Below the pieces are notes generated by a model, which worked only from the letters and a program-made list of their open reading frames with translations, did not search any database and was not told where the DNA came from. Shown here piece after piece: positions 36,114 through 47,281 of a DNA stretch of 64,000 nt. Origin of the DNA: Candidatus Omnitrophota bacterium (GTDB lineage: Bacteria > Omnitrophota > Gorgyraeia > JAFGGP01); assembly GCA_016930485.1 (NCBI GenBank), contig JAFGGP010000030.1, positions 2,745-66,744 on the forward strand, in the 5' to 3' direction. The translations under genes were made by a program, and so were the position numbers. Each line of letters begins with the position of its first letter. The first letter of the stretch is position 1.

Positions 36114-38126
36114 TTAAATAATCTTCAGAAACTCAGCGATAGAATAAATCTCTGCTTCACTGCTTAACCCTGCAAGCTCTTCAATTAATTTCTTCTTTGC
36201 ATTATTATCAAGGCAAACAAGCATAATCCTGTCGCATTTTCCCCGATCCTTAATCACATTAATATATTCGGTCTTAAAGGTGGAGATGCAGATTTCAACT
36301 GCAACCTTTTTTTCATCCTTGATATAAAACAAATCTATCTTCTTGCCCTCAAACTCCTTTTCAATCTCTACCTGCTTACAGCCCTTGTTTTTCAGGTAAT
36401 CAGCAAGGTAATGCTGTATAAAAACATGCAAAGAGCCCTTGCCGCCTGAATACTCCGGCTTTCTTGGTTTTTTAATAAGCCCATAACCCTTGTCAGTTAT
36501 CACAAAAAACTTTGACTGGCCGCCTCTTCCTGAAAGGTTGAGATAAACCGGCTCTGCAAGTTTCTCATTCTCAATATGCCTGTAAATCCTCTTCGCCTTC
36601 TCATTGCTTAAATGCAAATCAATAGCCCTGTCATTAGAGCTTACAAACTGCCTGTGAAAGATGTCATTCAATACATCTTTGATTTCATCAAGTTTTTCCT
36701 CGCTTTTTTCTTCCTCAGCTTCCTTCTTTTCAGCCTTATATGGCCTTCTCGGCTTTACAGCTTCAAGGATATAAACAAACCTGCTGTTGTTCTTTCTCTT
36801 ATCTTCCCTGCTTATTTCAAGCTCATCAATCTTTTCCATGCCGGGGATTTTATACATCTTGGAAAGGAAGGGGGCAGGGTATCGGGAAGAAAACTTGACA
36901 AGCATTTCCCTTTCTTCCTTGCTAATCAACCTGGCAAATTTTCTCTGCTCCTTGTCCTGCACGCCCATAGAATCAAGCATTCTGTTGGTATCATTTGAAT
37001 CAGAAAGAGTGAACATGATTTTTGTAGAGCTTGTGCCGAAAATGCCCTGCCCCATAAGAGAGGGGTACTGTCCGATCACTATCATGTTTATCTTGGCTTT
37101 CCTGACTTCTGCAAGATGATGGTTGATTATCGGCATTCCTCTATCTGGCCTCTTCTCAAAATTCGCATCAAACAAAAGCATGGCATCATCTATTATCAGG
37201 AAATGCCGCAGGTCAGTTTTATTATTCTCCTTGTAAGAAAAGAGCCATGAGATAAGGGCATTGACGATAAATACCTGCTGTGATGCCGGCAAACTTCCAA
37301 TATTAAAAATCACATTCTCATTGACTAATTCTTCAAGGCAGCCGGAAGAGCAATCCAAAGCACCCCTTACAGGCCCTTTTAATATGCCGCCGATTCTGTT
37401 TAATGCGGATTCAGCATAATGGAAGCTCCTGCTCATCTTCGGGAAATCCTTTGACTTTATGTAATCATGCAGTTCAAACAGGCTCGGCTTCACCCCGAAT
37501 TTATCATATTCAGAAGCAAGGTCATAAGACTGCTCAATCAAGAAATTCTTTGTGCCGTCATAAATTGCCTCTGCCTGAATAAACATATCCCAAAGGGAAG
37601 CATACCATTCATGCCTTGTTACATTCTTGGGCGGCTCCATCAGATTGAATTTCACCTGCTCGTCAAAATCAACGGTAATTATGTTTGCCTTCTTGTACAA
37701 TTTTACAAGCTTTTCCGTATCCTTTGCCTTCACAAAAAACCAGCATTTTATTCCTTGCGAAATCGCCTGAGGGGCAATAAAGAAATTTGCGATTGTTGTT
37801 TTGCCTGTGCCCGGCTCTCCTGCAATCAGGATATGAAGCTCTTCGGGCATAAAGCCGACAAACTGATTTTCTTCCGCAACGCCGAATTTTATTTCTCCGT
37901 CAGCTTCTTCTGAGGGGGAAGGGAAAGGATTTGTCCTTAGAGACTTCTCTACAAGGTATGGCTGGACAAGAAGCATCAAGAGGTTATAACTTTCATAATC
38001 AGAATTATCAGCCATAACGCAGTTAAGCAATGCGCTGATTTTACTGTCATCCTCAAGCCCTAAATCTTTTATCTGCTTGGCAAGTGCTAAAACCTGCCCT
38101 ATGTCTATCGGTCGCCCGGCTTGCAT
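36114..38126 (-). CDS. HerA/FtsK/TraG-superfamily P-loop NTPase fused to C-terminal wHTH + PD-(D/E)xK-like module
   Basis: Walker A IAGEPGTGKTT, Walker B HFLIIDDA, IVIGQYPS. The C-terminus is ..FFVITDKGYGLI..HVFIQHYLADYLKNKG..KIDLFYI..KVAVEICIS, similar to the 43029-43727 protein. Confidence 0.65.
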   Translation of the reverse strand: MQAGRPIDIGQVLALAKQIKDLGLEDDSKISALLNCVMADNSDYESYNLLMLLVQPYLVEKSLRTNPFPSPSEEADGEIKFGVAEENQFVGFMPEELHILIAGEPGTGKTTIANFFIAPQAISQGIKCWFFVKAKDTEKLVKLYKKANIITVDFDEQVKFNLMEPPKNVTRHEWYASLWDMFIQAEAIYDGTKNFLIEQSYDLASEYDKFGVKPSLFELHDYIKSKDFPKMSRSFHYAESALNRIGGILKGPVRGALDCSSGCLEELVNENVIFNIGSLPASQQVFIVNALISWLFSYKENNKTDLRHFLIIDDAMLLFDANFEKRPDRGMPIINHHLAEVRKAKINMIVIGQYPSLMGQGIFGTSSTKIMFTLSDSNDTNRMLDSMGVQDKEQRKFARLISKEEREMLVKFSSRYPAPFLSKMYKIPGMEKIDELEISREDKRKNNSRFVYILEAVKPRRPYKAEKKEAEEEKSEEKLDEIKDVLNDIFHRQFVSSNDRAIDLHLSNEKAKRIYRHIENEKLAEPVYLNLSGRGGQSKFFVITDKGYGLIKKPRKPEYSGGKGSLHVFIQHYLADYLKNKGCKQVEIEKEFEGKKIDLFYIKDEKKVAVEICISTFKTEYINVIKDRGKCDRIMLVCLDNNAKKKLIEELAGLSSEAEIYSIAEFLKII

Positions 38127-38623
38127 ATTATATTCCTGTCATGCAGATTGAAAATAGCCAACCATGCATTGACATTTATCTCCCTTGCATGTTTCTTGCA
38201 TAAATTCATATTGTTCACAACAAACCTGTAGCAGTCATCTCTGGGGCAAAGCTTCTGCATGCAGCCTTTCTTGGCACAGACAAGGTGTTCCTTCTCAACG
38301 CATGCCTTGCATGCTGTATGCCCGCACTCAGCCTGATGCCCGAAATTATCATGGGTTCTCGCATGGCCGCAGTCATACAGCCCTGAGCTGGTTACATGGT
38401 TATGGACAATGCCCCCGTCCTTGCCGAATTTTACCTCTTCTTCCTCTTCTGAAAGGATTAAATCACCTGATCCCAAAGAAAGTTTCTTTACTTTCCTTGT
38501 CTTCTTGATGCCCCTTGCCTTTGCATTCATCAATGTTTCAAGCTTTTTTCTCTGCGTTGGCTTCATCTTGGAAAGTATATCTGCTATCCCCTCAAGCATA
38601 TCATCTTCATTCAATTTAGCCAT
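38105..38623 (-). CDS. Cys/His-rich (zinc-binding) protein, overlaps ATPase start by 22 nt
   Basis: CGHARTHDNFGHQAECGHTACKACVEKEHLVCAKKGCMQKLCPRDDCYRF..CKKH. Confidence 0.5.
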   Translation of the reverse strand: MAKLNEDDMLEGIADILSKMKPTQRKKLETLMNAKARGIKKTRKVKKLSLGSGDLILSEEEEEVKFGKDGGIVHNHVTSSGLYDCGHARTHDNFGHQAECGHTACKACVEKEHLVCAKKGCMQKLCPRDDCYRFVVNNMNLCKKHAREINVNAWLAIFNLHDRNIICKPGDR

Positions 38624-38951
38624 TCCCTATCACCTCGCTTTCATGTATTTGCCAGTTATTCCTTTAATTTTACCACCCTGTTGGCGGATTACAAAGATAA
38701 TTATGAACAGAAAGGCAACAAATCCAAACTTCTGAAAGTTCAAAATCAAAAACAATGATTTGCTTTCGCTAATTGCTCTAACCTCAAATATAGAATAACT
38801 GACATCACTCTGTTCCTCTTCCTGAAAGTTGCCAATAAGCCCAATGGGTTCATTCTCTTCCTTATTCTCTTTGATTTTTCATTTAACACCACAGAGCTAG
38901 GCATTTAATTTTTTCTGCCAAGGGCAACCCGCCCCAGGATTAATCGGGTCA

Positions 38952-39167
38952 GTGAAAAAAATAAAAGCCGCTCTTTTGAGCAAGCTCAAGGTTATGAAAA
39001 ATCAAATTCACTTTATGGAAGAGAACGAAATACCTGAATGGCTTAATGGGCCGTTCATGAGCGAAGAGGAACAAGACGAAGCGATGTCTTCTTATCAGTA
39101 CATTATTGAAAGGAGGTTAGAGCAAAGACAAAATGAAAACTTTACAGCAAATCAAATCGGATTTTGA
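38952..39167 (+). CDS. Hypothetical small protein (first of four overlapping ORFs)
   Basis: ORF track; start/stop overlaps with the next ORFs, a phage-like operon layout. Confidence 0.4.
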   Translation: MKKIKAALLSKLKVMKNQIHFMEENEIPEWLNGPFMSEEEQDEAMSSYQYIIERRLEQRQNENFTANQIGF

Positions 39168-39471
39168 ACAGATACTTTCAGAAGTCCTGAGGATTAATGG
39201 AATATCTGTTGAATCGGCTGTCCAAGTGTCAACAGTGATACTACAGGAATCTGGCAAATACAACAGATGCCCTGAGATTAAGACAGAGAATGAAGATGAG
39301 TTTGTGTTTGCAACAGAAAGCCAGAAAAAAGCAATGAGAAACTTGAGGATAAGTTTCCCTGAAGAAATTGGCAAAACTGAGGCATCACAGCTCATCGAGA
39401 GCGCAGTTACAAAGCTTCGCAGTAACGGAAACGGCAGGGCTATTCCTGCCCGCTCTCCTTTCCAAAAATGA
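39133..39471 (+). CDS. Hypothetical protein
   Basis: 112-aa ORF in the same block. Confidence 0.4.
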   Translation: MKTLQQIKSDFEQILSEVLRINGISVESAVQVSTVILQESGKYNRCPEIKTENEDEFVFATESQKKAMRNLRISFPEEIGKTEASQLIESAVTKLRSNGNGRAIPARSPFQK

Positions 39472-39692
39472 AGCAGTACAAAAGAAAGGAGTTGCCCTAT
39501 GAGTGCATCATAGATGTAGAGTATATGCCTTTTCCCTCTGAGGAATCAAAGAGAGAGGCATACTACACTCATGCAAAGCTCTTTCTCAGGGCAAAGGAAA
39601 GAGAAGCCAGAGACAAATACAGCAAGCCAGTGAACATTGACAGCAGAGAGCAGGGCGGGCTTGCGGCCCTCTCCTCTTACTATATAAGATGA
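39468..39692 (+). CDS. Hypothetical protein
   Basis: 74-aa ORF with an ATGA-type overlap with its neighbours. Confidence 0.4.
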   Translation: MKQYKRKELPYECIIDVEYMPFPSEESKREAYYTHAKLFLRAKEREARDKYSKPVNIDSREQGGLAALSSYYIR

Positions 39693-40009
39693 CAGATGAC
39701 TTTTGGAAAGATGCAGAAATCATAGATGCTTATACAGATGAGCAGGCTGTTGATGATGGAATTGTAATTCCAGTCAGCTTTGGCATTATCAATAGGGTTA
39801 CAAGGCCAGTCTTTGATGACTTTGTTAAAGATGAGGAATGTGATCTTGCCAGATTCAATATCTTCATGGATAAAGCCATAGAGATTTTTGATTCAGTCAG
39901 GCAGAAGAAAGATGATTGGTTCTATAAGGTAGTCGTTGATGAAATTCCTTATTTCGTCTGTCAGAATGATACTGGATATTTCACATTAATGAAACCAGAG
40001 GACTACTAA
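39689..40009 (+). CDS. Hypothetical acidic protein
   Basis: 106-aa ORF, D/E-rich. Confidence 0.4.
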   Translation: MTDDFWKDAEIIDAYTDEQAVDDGIVIPVSFGIINRVTRPVFDDFVKDEECDLARFNIFMDKAIEIFDSVRQKKDDWFYKVVVDEIPYFVCQNDTGYFTLMKPEDY

Positions 40010-40032
40010 ATTTTTTTGTTTCCTCTTTAGCA

Positions 40033-40578
40033 TTATCCTCGGATTCCCGTCTTTTTCATTCTTCGATGAAATCTGCTGTTGTATTCCTCTTTGAACTTAG
40101 GCCCCAACTGAGATAAAGGAACTGTTAGGGGCTCCCCTCGCTCTGCCCTTGCCATATTTTCCTTAACAATATCTTTCTCTTTTGAACCATTCATTCCATC
40201 TATTTTCTCTAACATTTCTTCTTCTGCCTCATCAATTTCTTTCTCTGTTTCCCGCTCTTCTTCCAAAGCTTTATCTTTGCAATTAAAACAAGAAAGATAA
40301 TTTGCTTTGTGATATTTCTTTCGGCAGATATGACAAAGCTCCAAATTATGATGTATTGCAAAATGGCATTTCCTGCAAAGAACAATATTTTCTTGTTCCT
40401 TTAAGTCAACATATTGATCCTTTTTGTCATATGTTGATTCATCCAAATGATGAACCGTCAGAAATAGGCTTGAACCACACCACTCGCATTTTCCGCCTCT
40501 GGCTTTAATAAATTCGTCTCTTTTTTCCTTCCACTCCTTTCTGTTCCAAAGATTATGCAGTTCTTTTCTCTTTTCCAT
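40033..40578 (-). CDS. HNH-endonuclease-like protein
   Basis: CEWCGS..LTVHHLDE ... CRKCHFAIHH plus further CxxC pairs. Confidence 0.6.
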   Translation of the reverse strand: MEKRKELHNLWNRKEWKEKRDEFIKARGGKCEWCGSSLFLTVHHLDESTYDKKDQYVDLKEQENIVLCRKCHFAIHHNLELCHICRKKYHKANYLSCFNCKDKALEEERETEKEIDEAEEEMLEKIDGMNGSKEKDIVKENMARAERGEPLTVPLSQLGPKFKEEYNSRFHRRMKKTGIRG

Positions 40579-40798
40579 GTCTCGCTTCCCATTTATCCGC
40601 TGATTTGTTAAACCAAAAATATAACCCCCATATAAAAATAAGCCCCAAGCTTAGTGAAAAAATATCTTCTCCATTGATTCTTGAATTAATACTCAATTGG
40701 TTAAAAAGAAATAAAAAAGATATTAATATTGCAGACCAAACAGAGATCCTGAAAGGCTTATTCCACCATCTAATTTTCTTTGTCTCATTTTTATCCAT
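40553..40798 (-). CDS. Small membrane protein
   Basis: 81 aa with two hydrophobic helices (VWSAILISFLFLF, LSLGLIFIWGLYFWF). Confidence 0.4.
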   Translation of the reverse strand: MDKNETKKIRWWNKPFRISVWSAILISFLFLFNQLSINSRINGEDIFSLSLGLIFIWGLYFWFNKSADKWEARHGKEKRTA

Positions 40799-41029
40799 TT
40801 CAGATTAAAAGCTCTATATGATTTTAAATCTTTTGAAAATTAGCCTGCCCTTCGGTGCAGATATTAATAAGGTGTGCCCTCGGCTCTGGCTGGCTATTTA
40901 ATAGGGCACACACTGAAGCCCTAAAGCCCTAAAGCCCCGCTGAATGCCGCCCCTCATTTGATAATGAGCCTCTCCTATTCAGAAGGGCTTTCCCCTTTTT
41001 CGAAAGGGTCGGGCTTGTTTCTTTGCTTG

Positions 41030-41365
41030 TTTTTGATGAGATTGAGATGTGGTTAGTTATTGAGATTGCTATGCAGGTATTTTTAGATTGCAAATGTTCT
41101 TTTAATTTAGTCAGGTTCAGTTTAGGTTAATGAGTGAGCAGGTGAGCTCTTTGTATTCAGTTAGTTAGAAGGATATATCACCTCTTTTACGAGATGTTTT
41201 CTTGTGTTTTGTATTTCAGTTTCAGTTATAGAGTTTTAGTTTCCGTTTCCGTGCGTGTTATTTGATTCTTTGATGTAAGTTGTTGATTTATAGAGTGTTA
41301 GTTTTGTTTCTTGTATATAGAAATATATAATGGAAACAGAGAAACAGAAACGAACAGGGGGTATT
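41030..41365. repeat. Iteron-like repeat cluster in 720-bp non-coding region of the element
   Basis: GAGATTG x3 (+TAGATTG); TTCAGTT x5; GTTTCC GTTTCC opposed by GGAAACAGAGAAACAGAAAC; an AT-rich core tatatagaaatatataa. Confidence 0.5.
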
Positions 41366-41530
41366 TGGCTATTGGCTTTCCCCCCACATATCTTTATCCA
41401 AAGGTAAAGAACCCCGGATTTACGGGTATTTTCGCATTTCTGAGGCGTTTAGAAGGTAAATACGCGGGGAGAATAACTGGAATACCCCCAAGGGGTAAAT
41501 ACCGGATATTATACTTATTATACCTATTTT

Positions 41531-42796
41531 TTAGGGGGTGTTTTGTTTCTGGAAGTATAATTCCATTAATTTCTTGCCTAAGCCTTCCTTTAAAGCTGAT
41601 CCAATAAGTGCTTCTTGCAGGGAAAGGTCTTTTCTTAACAAATCTGCAAGGATACTTTCAAAGCCGCCCTTCTTTTCATCAAGCGCAATGGCAGTTTTAA
41701 CATCTAAAACACTGCCGCATTTCTTGCAGAATAAATGATCCTTCGGGTTTATGTCATTGCACCTGGGGCATTGTTTTATCTTTGGCTCTTGTTTTTCTGT
41801 CTCTTCTTTCTTGAAACCATGAATTTCAAGCATGACATCATTAACATCTCTTGAAACTAAATGTGAATATTCGGAAAGCATGTTGCTTGAAGGAACCCAG
41901 CCAAAATAAACTTTAGCCTGTGATTCATTTATCTGCTTGTTGATAAGCAAATGAGTAACCCTTGTATGCCTGAACAGATGGGGATAAATTCTCTTCTTTA
42001 TTTTTGCTTTCTCTTTCAGCCTTAAAACTAATGCTCTGAAAGCCGCATATTTCATTCTTTGATTTTTGTTTCTATTCCCAAGCATAACCCATAAAGGCGC
42101 ACTTGGATCGTTTTTTAACGGATGAGAATTAAGCCATGTAGTTAAATAAGAATCAGAAACTACTATTCTCGGAGTTCTATGCCCTGTCTTTCCGCTTAAG
42201 TCAATGATGAAGCTGTAATTATCCCTTGATATATCGCCTATGCTTATTTTCCCTATCTCTCCTATTCTTGCGCCCAATTCATAGAGCATGCCGACGAATG
42301 CTTTATCTCTTGGGTTCTCTGCAACCTCAATCAATTTATCAATTTCTCTTTCAGTTAAGATATCAGAGGCATTCACTCTAGGTTTTTCCTTTTCTGAAAC
42401 ACTTACCCTCATCCAGCTAATTATTTCTGGTTGTTCCTGTCTTTCAAGGTAGCCATCCCCGAACACATGCCATCTGTAGAATTTCTTGAGAATAGTTTTG
42501 TAGCTATGCCTTGTCCATACCGAATAATCCTCTCTGCCATCAATCTTTAACACAGCCTGCTTTAATTGATCCTTCGTGGCCTTGTCAAAATCAATTTTTA
42601 TGTAATCCCTTGCAAGAATAATCAAATAGCTTATTATCTTTGTTTTTCTCGATATGCTTAATCTTTCAAGGCTGCATGCTTCATCAAACTTGAAAATCAA
42701 ATCTTTATTTGCCTGAGAAATCTCGGCTTTTTGCAGATGTTCTTTTGCCCTTGTATACTGCAAATCATGCCCGTAAATATCTTTTTTGGGATTCAT
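41531..42796 (-). CDS. Tyrosine recombinase/integrase with C-terminal zinc ribbon
   Basis: ELGARIGEI (Arg), HLFRHTRVTHLL (HxxR), SEYSHL (Tyr), CPRCNDINPKDHLFCKKCG. Confidence 0.8.
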   Translation of the reverse strand: MNPKKDIYGHDLQYTRAKEHLQKAEISQANKDLIFKFDEACSLERLSISRKTKIISYLIILARDYIKIDFDKATKDQLKQAVLKIDGREDYSVWTRHSYKTILKKFYRWHVFGDGYLERQEQPEIISWMRVSVSEKEKPRVNASDILTEREIDKLIEVAENPRDKAFVGMLYELGARIGEIGKISIGDISRDNYSFIIDLSGKTGHRTPRIVVSDSYLTTWLNSHPLKNDPSAPLWVMLGNRNKNQRMKYAAFRALVLRLKEKAKIKKRIYPHLFRHTRVTHLLINKQINESQAKVYFGWVPSSNMLSEYSHLVSRDVNDVMLEIHGFKKEETEKQEPKIKQCPRCNDINPKDHLFCKKCGSVLDVKTAIALDEKKGGFESILADLLRKDLSLQEALIGSALKEGLGKKLMELYFQKQNTP

Positions 42797-43028
42797 ACAA
42801 ATAGTACGAGAGCCGTGCTACTATTTAAAGCTTTCGACATATACTACTTGTTTACAGCCTCAGACATGCTTATAACGACTTGTTCATGTCGTGGGCTTTG
42901 ACATGTTTAAGTCTTTTTTGATTTTATACTTCAAATCCGAAGTGTAAAGGGCGACGAATTGCTTTACCCAATCAGGTAAATGAGCATTCAAATCTTTTAA
43001 ATATTTCTCCTGAATCTGTGTCTTGCTT

Positions 43029-43727
43029 TCATGATATTCCATTTTCCCCATCATCTCTTTTTGGGGTTTTTGTTGATACGTCGAATTTAAAAGCCAGAAT
43101 CATCTTTACATTTTTTCCAAACTCATTATCCTTCAGGTCTTCTGATATCCTGTGTTGTGCGGTTCCGTTGGTTGGAACACAAATCACCGAATCAAATCCA
43201 GAATAAAGATTTCTCCTTATGTTCTTCAGGTGATTTGAATTTCCTGTTTCTATCTCAACAGCTATCCTGTTCTTGCCTTTCCTTATCGCAATATCGGCGT
43301 TATCTTCCTCGATTGAAACATGATAGCCCTGTTTTTCATAATATTCGGCAATTTTCAGTTTCCAGAATTTATGCTCAATGCTTTCATTGAAGGTATTAAC
43401 ATGATAGCCGCTTCTTCCTAAAATACCGGCGCCCTTAGGCGTTATCTCAAATAATACAATCCATCCCGATTTTGTGATAATTCTCTTAGGAATGATAAAG
43501 CCGTGTGAAATCCATAGTTCTTTCCATTTGTTTCCTGTTTTCGGGTTTACGCCGAGCCTTTTATACCTATCAACAACTGTTGAAATAGGGTGGTTCACTA
43601 TGTCAATCATAAAAAGGCATTCCCTTGATCCCGGCAATTCCCCCTCGTCTAAACTATCCTCATATTTCATTTCTCCCTCGTCCTTATTTGAAAATAGTAA
43701 TCCTGTAGTATTTAAGCGTTGTATCAA
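43029..43727 (-). CDS. wHTH + PD-(D/E)xK-like nuclease-fold protein
   Basis: ..IVLFEITPKGAGILG..HKFWKLKIAEYYEKQGYHVSIEEDNADIAIRKGKNRIAVEIETGNS.. A paralogous unit of the ATPase C-terminus. Confidence 0.55.
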   Translation of the reverse strand: MIQRLNTTGLLFSNKDEGEMKYEDSLDEGELPGSRECLFMIDIVNHPISTVVDRYKRLGVNPKTGNKWKELWISHGFIIPKRIITKSGWIVLFEITPKGAGILGRSGYHVNTFNESIEHKFWKLKIAEYYEKQGYHVSIEEDNADIAIRKGKNRIAVEIETGNSNHLKNIRRNLYSGFDSVICVPTNGTAQHRISEDLKDNEFGKNVKMILAFKFDVSTKTPKRDDGENGIS

Positions 43728-44002
43728 GATAGGCGAAGTTTTTAAGCGTTGTACAAGGATGCGGAGGAAGAAATTTAAAAGGGTTGTTTAAGGATAAGAG
43801 AAAGGAATTGCTAAAAGGAAAGAATTTCCCAATCCTTGCCTAAATTCCTTTCATCAAAAGAATATTTTTCAGAATGATTATATCTGAAACTTCCATCTTT
43901 AAAGATAACTATACCACCCCCATAACTTTTTTCCCTTTTTTAAATTTGTACGGTTAAACAGAAAATGCGGGTGGAGAGAATGCAAAATTGAATATTCTAT
44001 CT

Positions 44003-45199
44003 TTATTCTTCGTCAATACCTTCAGCCATCATCTTGCCAACCTTATTTTTTTGCTCAAGAAGATGGCGAGGGAGGAAAAATATATTTGCGATTAAGGTAG
44101 GAATGACAGCGCTTGCTATAACTGTTGCCACGAGAAATGAATATTGTTGCAGCGTTACGATGCCATGCGAATATCCGTAGAGAGCTGAAATCGTGCCAAA
44201 GGTAAGCCCTGTTGACATCAAAAGCGTGTAATACCATTTTTCTCTTTTCTCTTTACGGAAAATGCCGATAATCGGATAAAGCCCGAATATCTTTGATATT
44301 ACCTTGCCGATAAAAAGCATCAAGAATACAAATGGTGCGCTTATCAAAGCGGCAATTGAAACAAGCGAGCCAGCTCGAATAAAGTAAAACGGCGTAAGAA
44401 AACCTACAGTTAATGTCCTCAATCTCCTCACCCAATGATGCTCCTTAGATGCAAACTCTGCAAGCAGCATACCTGCAATGTATGCTGGCAATACCGCCTC
44501 GCTTCCTGACCAAAGAGCAAGCGCCCCGAGACCAAAAAGCACAAATATCACCCACTTTGCCCTAATTGCGGCTGTCCTGTTCCCATAAACCCTTGTGAGA
44601 AACGAAGTCATGACAGGAAATAATCCAAGTATGATAATGCTGCCGACAACAAAAATTATAGTCTTATACGTAAAAGGGGCAAAAATTAAACCCAAAGCAA
44701 GCACAGTTCCAAGGTCATTGATAAAGCAGGCGCCTAATATGCCTTTGCCAAATTCGGTTTTATTAAACCCCATTTCAAGCATGACAGCATAAACAACTGC
44801 CATAGATGTTGTTGAAAGAGCAATGCCCGCAAGCCAGCTTGCCTGAGTGCCCCAATGAAGAATAAATCTAGCGAAAGCAGTGCACCCCAAAAACGGCGCA
44901 AGAAAACCAACAACCCCCACCACTACAACCTCTTTCCATTTTGAGCGAATCACTTTTGGGTCAAGTTCTGCGCCTGCTAAAAAAGTAAGCAGCATCGCTC
45001 CGGTTGCAGCCAGAAATTTAAGCCACTCGAGATCGCTTCCAAAGACATTCGGCCCAAAAAAGTGGCTGACGACATTTGCGACAATAACGCCCATGCATAT
45101 CTCAACAAGCGCAATTGAAATTCTGAGATGATGTGCAATAATCGCAGAAATTACAGCCAGCCCAAGCCACGCCGTGGCGATTAAATAAAATAGTTCCAT
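44003..45199 (-). CDS. Cation/H+ antiporter (Na+/H+ exchanger family)
   Basis: 398 aa with ~11 TM helices; sequence typical of the CPA-type Na_H_Exchanger fold (..LAATGAMLLTFLAGAELD..). Confidence 0.75.
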   Translation of the reverse strand: MELFYLIATAWLGLAVISAIIAHHLRISIALVEICMGVIVANVVSHFFGPNVFGSDLEWLKFLAATGAMLLTFLAGAELDPKVIRSKWKEVVVVGVVGFLAPFLGCTAFARFILHWGTQASWLAGIALSTTSMAVVYAVMLEMGFNKTEFGKGILGACFINDLGTVLALGLIFAPFTYKTIIFVVGSIIILGLFPVMTSFLTRVYGNRTAAIRAKWVIFVLFGLGALALWSGSEAVLPAYIAGMLLAEFASKEHHWVRRLRTLTVGFLTPFYFIRAGSLVSIAALISAPFVFLMLFIGKVISKIFGLYPIIGIFRKEKREKWYYTLLMSTGLTFGTISALYGYSHGIVTLQQYSFLVATVIASAVIPTLIANIFFLPRHLLEQKNKVGKMMAEGIDEE

Positions 45200-45210
45200 A
45201 CTTTAAAACC

Positions 45211-46503
<1,293 letters not shown>

Positions 46504-46520
46504 TCATCTTAAATTTAAAT

Positions 46521-47240
46521 TTATCTATTGATAAATAATGAAAAGGCGGCAACTACAAGCACAATATCCACAAAATAACCAAACGCCTTGCTGGACATAT
46601 TTTTAATAAACCTTCTTGCCGTCCATGAACCAGCCACCATCGCTAATCCTAAAATCACTCCTGTAATAAAATCCTGCATCGTCAGCAGGGCATAACTGCC
46701 ATAAACCACAGTTTTCGTAAGATGCATTACAACGGCTGTAACAGCTTCGCTTGCGACATAAGCTGTGGGAGTAAGATTAAGGCTCAAAAATGCAACAGCA
46801 CCTATTGGCCCGGCACTGCCTAAAACAGCAGACAAAAACCCGACTAACGCTCCAAAAGGAATAAACCATTTTTCTGCGATAGTATACTTTATATTAAGGT
46901 GCCGGAGAAGCACGATTACAAACAGAAATATTCCGATTGCCTTCATAATCAGCCCTGAAGGCAATTCAACAAACATTCTAGATCCTAGAACAGCCGCGGG
47001 CAGAGCCCCGATACAAAAATAAATAACTGGCTTCCACTTAATCTCTTTATACCCAAACCCCGCGCGTGAAAGATTGCCCATCATCCAAGCTATTGTAAGA
47101 ATAGGGATTGCCTTCTTGGCTCCTACAAGAAAAGAGAAAACCGGCAATATGATAAGGGAGCCGCCAAAACCAGCTACGCCGGAAATAGTTGCTGCCAGCC
47201 AACTGATAAATAACAGCATCGACCAAATTGCTGTTGTCAT
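46521..47240 (-). CDS. TauE/SafE-family anion exporter
   Basis: 239 aa, ~7 TM, G-rich helices (GVAGFGGSLIILP; LGSAGPIG). Confidence 0.7.
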   Translation of the reverse strand: MTTAIWSMLLFISWLAATISGVAGFGGSLIILPVFSFLVGAKKAIPILTIAWMMGNLSRAGFGYKEIKWKPVIYFCIGALPAAVLGSRMFVELPSGLIMKAIGIFLFVIVLLRHLNIKYTIAEKWFIPFGALVGFLSAVLGSAGPIGAVAFLSLNLTPTAYVASEAVTAVVMHLTKTVVYGSYALLTMQDFITGVILGLAMVAGSWTARRFIKNMSSKAFGYFVDIVLVVAAFSLFINR

Positions 47241-47281
47241 AAAATTCGCTCCCCAAGAATTTTTTCTTTTTTCCTCATATG

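Noticed and set aside
41300-41530. Search for a tRNA gene as the attachment site next to the tyrosine integrase, and for tRNA/rRNA genes elsewhere in the window.
   Set aside because: No cloverleaf-compatible sequence (acceptor/T-arm GTTCRANNC pattern) was recognised by eye. tRNAscan-SE or Infernal should confirm this.
41311-41607. 98-aa plus-strand ORF in the island's non-coding region.
   Set aside because: It is low-complexity, overlaps the 3' end of the tyrosine integrase on the opposite strand, and sits in the iteron-like repeat area.
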